Below, one piece after another: positions 54,042 through 64,000 of a stretch of DNA of 64,000 bases. The notes beneath the pieces are model-generated. The model worked only from the letters and a program-made list of their open reading frames with translations. It was not told where the DNA came from and did no database searches. Source of the stretch: Octopus sinensis (taxonomy: Eukaryota); the NCBI RefSeq assembly GCF_006345805.1, contig NC_042999.1:167152001-167216000 (forward strand). Reading direction: 5' to 3'. Every line of letters begins with the position of its first letter. The stretch's first letter is position 1. The translations under genes were made by a program, and so were the position numbers.

Positions 54042-54180
54042 GTGACATTTCTGGGAGAAGTCAACTGGTTCGATGCTGCGTATATGAAGCTGTTTAACAC
54101 CATTAATAACATTTGGATTTGTGGAAGATTTCCAAATTGCTGGCTGCATGCTGTCATTGTAGCACTACTTCAGAAATGCC
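54042..54180 (+). pseudogene. LINE RT N-terminal fragment
   Basis: KLFNTINNIWICGRFPNCWLHAVIVALLQK resembles LFNxIWxxGxFPxxWxxAxIxPIxK. Confidence 0.5.
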
Positions 54181-57100
54181 AGCAAGTGAATGAGTGCATA
54201 ATGTATCTGATATTTCTCGAAGCCATTTCTTACGGATGGAATTAAAAGCATACTTTTAAGGATATGGTGACTCAACAATGAACATATATTTGATCGCTTG
54301 CAAAATATCGTCTTTACAAGATAAGAGACACTCATCAATTTGCTCAACATGTTCCCTAATATCGAGATTCTCTATATAACGATAGTGTGTGCGAGTGTGT
54401 GTACAAATTAATGATAGTTTGTTCGAAAGGAACGGTAAACAGTGGAATCACTTGAAGTCAGGAGAAAATAACCTGCATTACTTAGTAACATTTCTTTTAT
54501 AGAAATTATTTTATCCTTCATCGGAGAGCCTTTGTGTAGATGGCCGATCTGCGAAAGGCCATAGCTGAATTCCTCTCAAACTGCACTCGGCTGAATTACA
54601 AAAGAGGACATAATAGATAATATAGTTCTTTACATTATGTAGTCTAACGTAGTTCTAAATGTATTTTGTCCGAGAGAAGTTGTCAGCCTGGCTGGACAAC
54701 TTTTGATCATAGATCTGCTAACTCAGGGCTTCCATCAAGATAATCATCACCACTCCTCTTTGTATGATGATGATGATGATGATAATGATGATGATGGTCA
54801 TCTTCTTCTTCGAATGGATTCCTTAACGTTGTGAGTTGACCCGCCATAGTCAACTTCGCATGAATTTGAAGTAAACCCAATAAGTACAGTTTGCTGAAGT
54901 CCCTTTCAACTAACAATTCTCTTCCTTTAGAAATCAGCATTATGGTACATGGTACCAATGTAAGAAAACTCTGTCAAGCCTATGTATTACAGAGCCTTAT
55001 TGCGAAAATTACTACTTCTAATTTAATAAATATTCAACAAATTCCTTCCCACTTTAGAATTTTTTGCTCCTTACACTTAACTATTTCAATATACCTAACA
55101 GTTCAGTGTGTGAAAGCATATTTTCTGCTTAAAAACCATATCCCCAAAACGAATTGAATCATGCAATTCTCTACTGGAATTTAGAATCTGTGCAGTTTAA
55201 TACGCAATAGTATCACTGTATGTTTAAAACACATATTTAATATTTAATCTAGCTGCAGAATAATATTAAAGTTATAACCGCAAGTATGAGACTAAGTATG
55301 TCATGCTGTGAAGCGTTAGAAGCAATTATACGTTTATCATAATTCATTTAGGCTAACATCGGTGATTGCGCAATAACAGACTGTTTATTAGTAGTCTTCG
55401 CAAACTCCAGAGAGTCATAGGAGTTCACATACCGAATAGGTTGCTTATCATTCTGTACGGCTTTCAGGAAATTCTAGTTGATTTGGAAATGATCATAGAC
55501 TATCGTAAAGATAAAAACTAATTCAGAAAGATACCGCTATTAAATTTCAACTTTTCTGTTCGAAAATTTGGCATTCAAAAAGTATTAAGTTCGCAGTAAT
55601 TTTAATTGATAGCAAAAAGGTTTGATAGATGACTGTGTCCAAAGTTTCATACAACTATCGTAAGCAGGAGGAAACTTTAAACCGTATATTGTTTTATATT
55701 TTTTCCAGTGAATTATAACCAAACATTTTAATATTCTTATCTCTATTTACACATTGTGTGCACTAAATGCCCATTGTTCAGATTATTGTTTAAATTATAT
55801 ACATATTCTTCGTTAAACTTGAAATAAATACGTTACCTTCTTAATTTAAGTTTTCAAAACAAGGTATAATTAGAAGCATGAAATCTGCGGTAGCCAATGA
55901 TCTACATTGGCTACCTCAGATTCTTAGATATTTCTCCAACAAACCTGTTTTTACTGCATCTTTAGAGCAAGATCCCCCACATACTACACAATACCTAATA
56001 TATAATGGTGTCAAATTTTGGAACAGATTGGGGAGAGGGAAATTGATTATATGGACCACAATACTTGACTGGTACTTATTTTATCGCCTCCAAAAGAATG
56101 AAAGACAAAGTCGAGCTCGGCAGAATTTGAGCTTAGACGGACGAAATGCCGCTAAGCATTTTGTTCGGTTCAGTTAGTTCGCCGCTTCATGTGTAATTTA
56201 TAATAAAAAGAAAAACAAGTCTTATGAGCTGGAAGTCATCAGACATATTATTGTTTGTGATGCTATGTTTTGCGCAATCTCTAAAGGTCTTTATATGTCT
56301 GAGGGGAGAGGGGGGAAGTTTACTCTGCAACAATGACAATGACAATAGAAAGTGCTAAATATATTTCATTAATATTGATTCTTTTCTTTGCCTTGACTCA
56401 AGGCAGAGTAGGACACAGTGTGTTAAAGCAACCCGAGTAGTAGAATGGTATTTACTTTATCAACTTCATAAAATTGTATGACAAAGTTGACTCTGGCGCG
56501 ATTTGAACTCAGCACGTATTCTACGCTTTACCAAATTTCCTATCCACTACTTCTGTTATATTGTAAACTAATAAAAAAAAACAACAAAAAACTAAATTGT
56601 GAATTGAGATAAAATACAGCAATTTTTCTTATCACATCAACTACACTGATGCAATTAAAATCATATTTTGAAATTTATCGTTGTATATAAGTTTGTGGAA
56701 ACAGCTGCATGAATGTAGACTTTTATATATTCTTCCGGACCAAGTTTACTTTATTTTGCCATATGTATATGTATAGATTTCTCCCATTTAGTGGGATCTT
56801 TTTCCCTTCGTCTGACATTATCTACAAGTCGAAATAATCAATCATAATGTTTTATCAAGAGACTTCTATAATATGAGACTAAAGCGATAGAAAACTTGTA
56901 AACACCAGAGCAATTCAGCTGGGATGATACTTGAGTACTTACTATAAAATTCCTATAATGAGCCAGAGGCAGAAAGCAAAACAATCAAAACAGATACATT
57001 TTTCTCCAGAGTATTTATGCCATCGGAATATTAACTTTAAATATTAACTTTAAATTGGTTCTGTTTTGTATAGGTCAGTCAATTTTTCGCTTCATCTATC

Positions 57101-58049
57101 AGTTTCTCATTTCCGTCATCCACTTGACTGATTTCTGTTCTCTCGTTACATGGGAAGTACAAGCTAGCTAAGCAAAGCGTAAGATAATTGACATGAAGGA
57201 ACAAAGAACAAAGAAAACACGTGTGATACTAACAACAAGAAGAATACCACCAGCAATAATAATGATTTATTAATTAACCGTGAAGTTAACAGTTGCGACA
57301 AGGAGGTAAACGATAGGAGAAGTTCGAGGCGTTCGTACATCCTAAAGACATTAGTTAAGCAGTACGAATTGGGATTGGAAACTGCACTGCAGTCTCCGCC
57401 GCCATGATCTAAATTAGGCATAAACACCATTTGTTTCACCAAAGCAAATCTCAAAACAAGGAAAGGAAAGACAGTTAAACATATTTATAATTGCCTATTT
57501 ATTTATGATGTCATATATGTTTTAAACATAAACATAAACTTGTGACGGGAGTGAGCAAGCAAAGAGGAAATGGGAAGTACTTACCATTCTAGAGGGCATT
57601 AAGCGAAATATATGAAATAAAATGACTAAGTATTTAAAATCGGATGGTTTTTTTGATAAAGTATTCAGGGAATATATATTAGTGTTTCTCAATTCAAAAA
57701 ATAGTCGCCAATATTTTTAAGGTTCAAAAGTAGATATTGATCTTTCTCAACAAGGAGATTGTCTCTAGAATCTTTAACGTTGGTATAAATGGAGATTTCA
57801 ATGAAAAGCAACATCAGGACTGCTGATTTTATAGCTGAAAGAGGAAAGTGATTTTTATATGTTGGAGTAAATCGTCAGATTAAACAAAATCTATAGCAGG
57901 TATTGAGTACTCCTTTCTTTTGTTTATAAAAATAATGTGTGTGTATGTAGGAATATAAATCTTTTATCTTTTACTTGTTTCAGTCATTAGACTGCAGCCA
58001 TGCTGGGGCAACATCTTGAAGAATTTTAAGTCGAATGAATCAACCCAAG

Positions 58050-58678
58050 AAATGGGCTAAGGCGATGTCAGAAAAATCCAGTTCATTTTGGGATAGAGTG
58101 ATTTGCTCAGATGAATCCAGATTTGCATTATTATCAGATAGTGAAGCTCAGGAGGCTTCCCAATCAAGAATTTGATTTGAAACGACTCCAACCAACTGTG
58201 AAACATGGCGGTATCTCTGTAATGGTATGGGGAGCTACCACCAGCAATGATCGTTGTGAGCTGATCGAATGCGTTGGAACCATAATGTCTGAAAAATACA
58301 TCGAAATACTCAAGCAAGGACTACTTCCGATGTCTTTACACGATAACATAACGAAAAGTGAGTTTTTATTCATAGAAGATGGGAGCTACATGCCACACAG
58401 CAAAAAGGAATCAACAATGGCTGACTGAAAATTGGATCAAAAAGCTTCCTTGGCCGAGGCAATCTCCTGACATGAGCCCAATTGAAAATCTTTGGACCAT
58501 ACTAGACAGAGCAATACGAAAAACTCGACAGAAACCTAATTCTAAAGATGAATTGCTTCGATTTTTGAGTGACAAGTAGGGAGAATTTCCGCAAGAGACA
58601 ATCACAGAGCTCATCGGTTCAATGCCAAAAAGAGTTTCTGAATTAAAAACTGCAAAGGGAATGTCAACCAAATACTTA
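58050..58678 (+). pseudogene. Tc1-type DDE transposase remnant
   Basis: [71 protein letters not shown]; left TIR not identified. Confidence 0.9.
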
Positions 58679-58847
58679 AGTATGTAGTCCTACATTTCAT
58701 TTGTTCGCTTTGCGCATTAAATAACAGATTTTAAAAATTAAAGGTATCTATTTACTTCCTGCATGCCTGTGTATATGATATATGTATGATATATAAATAT
58801 AATATATATAATATATATTTATATAGGATATATATATATATATATAG

Positions 58848-58952
<105 letters not shown>

Positions 58953-58977
58953 GGATATATATGATATATAGTATATA

Positions 58978-60013
58978 CTTAGATAAACTTAGATATGTTT
59001 CGACCAGAGATTGGTCCAGGCCATGTCTAACTTAATAGCACCACCTGATAGGATTATTCGAATCCTGTTTAAGTCAAGTTTTGTTCAAGTAGTGAGTTCT
59101 TGTTGGGTGAGTTGTATCCAGTTTTGTTCAAGTAGTGAGTTTTGTTCAAGTAGTGAGTTTTGTTCAAGTAGTGAGTTCAAGGATCCCATCAACTTCAAAC
59201 AGAGTCTGGATAGATTCCTTCAAAGAATACCAGATAAGCCACCCATAATTGGATACATCCAATTATGGGTGGCTTATCTGGTATTCTTTGAAGGAATCTA
59301 TCCAGACTCTGTTTGAAGTTGATGGGATCCGTTTCCTCTTTGATCTCCCTCGGGACAATGTTAAATAGGGCAGGGCCTGTTGAGGAAAAGAAATTATGTT
59401 GCAGTGTACATGTATGTTGTGATCTTGAATTTGGCAGGGGACGTATAGCCCGTGGTCCAAGTCTTGGATGAACCTTGAAGCTAATGTTTAGGTCGTTTGG
59501 GCAAAGTTGGCGGTATATTTTCCACATCGTACAAATGATGTACCGCTCACGGCGACGCTGGAGGGAGTAAAGTTTCAAGGCTTTAAGGCGATCCCAATAA
59601 TCGAGAGCAGCCATGCCTTCAATTTGTTTAGTGAGAGCCCTCTGGGGTGACTCAATTCTGGAGATGCTTTGTCTTGTGTGATGAGACCACAATGGGCAGC
59701 AGTATTCAAGGTGTGGCCGTACAAAGGAGGAAAAAAGTGGTATGATGACACCTTGTTCTCTGGACCGGAAAGTTCTTAAGATCCAGGAACTCATCCTACG
59801 AGCTATATCGACCTTCTTGTTGATGTGTGCACTCCAACTGAGATCGTCATCAACAATTACACCCAGGTCTCTGATATTGTTAGAGGCTGTGAGCGGTTCC
59901 CCTGAAGGAAGAGAGTATGGTTGTTTTAGTGAGGAATTTCTTCCAAAATGCATCAGCTCAAATTTTCCCTCATTCAGTTGCATTTTGTTTCTGTCTGCCC
60001 ATTGACTCACAGC

Positions 60014-60014
<1 letters not shown>
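58978..60014 (-). mobile_element. 5'-truncated CR1-clade LINE with rearranged 3' end
   Basis: [50 protein letters not shown]; atctaagttt-type tail at ~58978-58996; flanked by (TA)n. Confidence 0.9.
59181..59330. repeat. Perfect 74 bp inverted repeat with 2 nt loop
   Basis: 59181-59254 is the reverse complement of 59257-59330. Confidence 0.95.
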
Positions 60015-60078
<64 letters not shown>

Positions 60079-60300
60079 TATATACATATATATATACATA
60101 TATATATATACATATATACATACGTATATACATATATATATCTAATATATATAATATATATATATAATATATTTATAAAGGATATATATGATATATATAA
60201 TATTTATATAGGATATATATATATAATATATTTATAAAGGATATATATGATATATATAATATATATATAATATATATATATAGGATATATATATATATTG

Positions 60301-60332
<32 letters not shown>

Positions 60333-60603
60333 GATATATATATATATGATATGATATATATATATAATAAATAATATATATATATATATAGAATACATAT
60401 CATTTATACGATATATATATGATATAATATAATATATATAATATATATATAATATATATATTATATATATATATATATGATATAATGTATATATATATAT
60501 ATATATATATGATATAATATAATATATATATATATACAAGATATATATATATACATAAATATATATGATATATATATATTATATGTTTATGATATATATA
60601 TAT

Positions 60604-60637
<34 letters not shown>

Positions 60638-60672
60638 ATATATATATATATATAATATATTTATATAATATA
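60015..60672. repeat. Long degenerate (TA)n tract
   Basis: Direct inspection. Confidence 0.95.
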
Positions 60673-60761
60673 TAACCACTACGTCATATGCCCGCGGGCA
60701 ATTATGGAGTGAATTTTAGGGCTAATATTTTCCTATCCTTCTTTAATACCAATTCCCATAT

Positions 60762-60906
60762 GCTATTCATATCTGCACTCGGTCTGCTTAGGAGGCTGTT
60801 GTGCCGTAGCATATGTCCTGCTGAAATCTAAAAAATAAATGAAGCAGCACATATGCTAGGTCCTAACAATCTCCTAAGCAGACCGAGTGCAGTTATTATG
60901 AATAGC
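60762..60906. other. ~145 nt imperfect hairpin with 22 bp perfect duplex
   Basis: 60773-60794 pairs with 60871-60892; further 9, 10 and 5 bp stems. Confidence 0.8.
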
Positions 60907-60938
60907 TTGAGTTCGATTCCAGGCAGTGACCTGAATAA

Positions 60939-60977
<39 letters not shown>

Positions 60978-61004
60978 CATAATAATAATAATAATAATAA
61001 TAAT

Positions 61005-61562
61005 AAATGCCCTGATGCAGTACCAGGCAGTGGCTCTCATGGCTTCTGATCTTAACTGATTGGAAGTGTTATCATGTACATTGTTTTGTCTTGGTATAAA
61101 AGATGGGCTACAGCAAATATTCTGCTCAATACCACAGATTTGCTTGTCAGTTGTTTGACCTTAACCAGTTGAGCATGTCCCTTCGTGGCTGACAATATGT
61201 GCATCTCTGATCACGAGCAGAAGTAGTGGGGGAGCATCATAGCCATGTGTTGAGAGGGATTCTTTGGGGTTTGAATAGTTCACCTCTGGAAACATGGGTG
61301 GTTCTTTCAACATCCTTAAACAACCCTTATTCAGGGACCGTTTGAGCGGGATGGGCTACTCAATCTGAAGAAAATTCTAACTGGGCCCCACCTGCAAGGT
61401 CATGTGCTGTTTATCTTGATATGAGATCACCATGTCGCGCACATATGGTTGTGATGCATGTGCCTGGTGTACCTTTATCAGACGGGTAGTCATGATGGGT
61501 ATATTGGGCTTCGTATATTTTACCCCAGTGTCACTTTGATGGCATGCACTGCTCTCTCACTC
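61005..61562 (-). mobile_element. Interspersed ~555 bp repeat flanked on both sides by (AAT)n; probable non-autonomous LINE derivative
   Basis: Recalled as an abundant octopus repeat; (AAT)n tracts at ~60938-61007 and ~61563-61584. Confidence 0.5.
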
Positions 61563-61790
61563 AATAATAATAATAATAATAATGAGAACTCAGGTTCGAA
61601 ATTTCCTCAAGACACCTGATGAAATCTGGAGGGTGTATCAGTCAAAACGTTGTGTTAACAACAAACAAGATGAGGACAAATATACGTGAAATGTAAATAA
61701 TGTACATACTTCCTCCTTTCTTAAATATAGAACTATATGATATATATATATGTATCATATATGTATGTGATATGTATGTATGTATATATG

Positions 61791-61822
<32 letters not shown>

Positions 61823-61825
61823 ATA

Positions 61826-61895
<70 letters not shown>

Positions 61896-62262
61896 GTGGA
61901 TATATGTAATTCCCCTCCTGTAACTCGCTTCAATTTTTGATCCCCCCAAAAGAAAAACAAACAAAAATGCAAAAACCCAACATCAACAATTGAAGAGAGT
62001 TGCAGGAAGCTAGCTGGTTGCTATAGCAACACGCTTCTGCGCATGTCCACTCCACACACGCACATCGGCAACATTCATGAATCTCTTGAAAATGGGGTCA
62101 TAACCCCGAAATATTTAATACAAGGTTAGTCTACATTAATTCATATATTTGTTTTCTTGTGACTGACCTTGCATTTACTTCCCGTTGTTTTGGCCTTACC
62201 AACGATCATTTATGCAAAATATTTTACACAATGCTTCATAGTAATTAGTCCATTATAACACA

Positions 62263-62330
<68 letters not shown>

Positions 62331-63379
62331 TCTATATAGGATATATATATCCCATTATAAATTTGAGTGATGTTTCTTTGTCCGTTACTTTTTTAAGTTC
62401 GTTAACTCCTCCAAGAGCCTTGGTGCAAGGACAACGAAACACGAACCAGCAACTCCCCTAATCGCAGGGAATGTCATAAGCGTGTTTATTTTTTTAAAGG
62501 TCGTCTAATTGGGGTCCCACTGGTCTCGACCCCATTTTTACAGCATTTTAAACCAAAAACATGGCATTGGCGACCAAATTGGGGCAATGACAATGAATTT
62601 CATATCATGAACTCCAAGGAGGTTCAATTTCTGAAGGGCCGCTTAAATGGGGCCCCCGATGACCCCACTATGTTCTCTGCATTTACTTCGCTCCTAGGCT
62701 TGTTGATTAAACTATGATCAGCATCAGTGCTTGGCACAGTTGCAGAAATGAGTTTGGGCATTCTAAATACCTTCACGTACACTTAAATCGAGACAAAGTA
62801 TTATAACATCTACGTTACGAGTGTGGTAGTGTGGATATTTATATTTTGTAGTTTATGAAACTTGTCTGATATATATATATATATATATTTTACACATATA
62901 GTCGTGTATGTATTTATGTATATGCGCATGTATTTCGATATGTATGCGCATACGTATTGTGTCTGCCTACGCACACACTTGTACACCTAATTACATGCAT
63001 GTGTATATATGTGTGTGTGTGTGTGAGAGAGAGAGAGAGTGAGAGTTTGTGTATAAATGTAGTTATTCAATGAGTGCCGATTGGTTTATTTTAGCATGAC
63101 GTCTGCTGTGGGTGTGTCGAGAAGAAATGTGCGAACTTCGTACTTCAGTGTGATGTATGTATACATGTCATAGATATGGCTTATCTATTGTTTCTACATC
63201 AACGCCATTTACATTATTTATACACTCCTGGGTGATGTTAATGTATATTTCTATCAATGCGTTCTATACATCCTCAGCAACATCTTTCAATTCTTAAATT
63301 ATGCAACAGTAGAATTCTACTATACGATATATATGTATATATGTGTGTATGTACGTGCTTGCATGAATATATATGAATT

Positions 63380-63516
63380 TACATACATATATGCATACGT
63401 ACGTACATACGTACGTACGTACATACATACATACATACATACATACATACATACATACATACATACATACATACATGCATACATACATACATACATACAT
63501 ACATACATACATACAT
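63380..63516. repeat. (ACGT)n/(ACAT)n microsatellite
   Basis: Direct inspection. Confidence 0.95.
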
Positions 63517-64000
63517 AGTGTATATATTGTTATTGGTGATATTTAGGTTCAGATTATATTCATCGTGCAGACAGACCCATGTACAAAGGCATTTTAGCCG
63601 TGAATCTCCCATTTTATCTAGGACTACTTACAATATGTCTTACCCTTTTCAGACATTAAGACGTACATTAAGTATACTTGGCAGTAGGGGCAGACTAAGA
63701 GTATTAAGGGCCCTCGGGCAAAAATGTTTACCGGGCCCCATAGCATTGATATCAAAGTAGCGTTAACATGTAGAGTGCGGGCCCCTCAGAGCTCCAGGCC
63801 CTCGGGCAGTGCCCGAATGACCGGCGACTCAGTCTTATCGTGCTTGGCAGCTGTTTCTAACAAATTGAATGACCATCTAGAAATTCGATCGTGCTTTTAT
63901 TGCTGTTAAATGAGTCCATCCTGCTTCAAAATAAAAGTAATGGACGAATATTGAGTGGAGTAATTTATGAGTATTATGTCTTCCAATCATATATTATATA

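Noticed and set aside
61612-61655. Active hammerhead (CTGATGA..)
   Set aside because: GAAA is mutated to AAAA, helix II is broken and the triplet is GUG; counted only as a relic
62350-62830. Additional Helitron
   Set aside because: The 5' part looks Helitron-like, but no CTRR/hairpin 3' end was found
63683-63835. hAT-type MITE with gggccc motifs
   Set aside because: Terminal inverted repeats and TSD could not be matched

Overview
AT-rich, microsatellite-dense eukaryotic genomic DNA. It is most likely a coleoid cephalopod (Octopus sp.), because I recognise the two dominant tRNA-derived SINE families; no database search was run. I found no host protein-coding gene, rRNA, true tRNA or CRISPR array that I can support. 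The window is a transposon mosaic. It holds a 5'-truncated HERO-type (RT + CCHC + REL) LINE with a 37-38 bp flanking duplication, a truncated Penelope-like element (PLE), and a ~6.5 kb head-to-head palindrome of two near-identical, near-intact RT/GIY-YIG PLE copies between (TA)n tracts. It also holds five Helitron pieces, Gypsy, CR1, RTE, Tc1 and mariner remnants, and many SINEs. The main hidden layer is RNA structure. There are five type I hammerhead ribozyme (HHR) folds with intact CUGANGA/GAAA cores, plus several degenerate ones. A recurring U3-A8 core variant with an ACCGGU palindromic helix III sits at both ends of the big palindrome and in a second PLE remnant. Coordinates were read by hand; boundaries of decayed elements are approximate.
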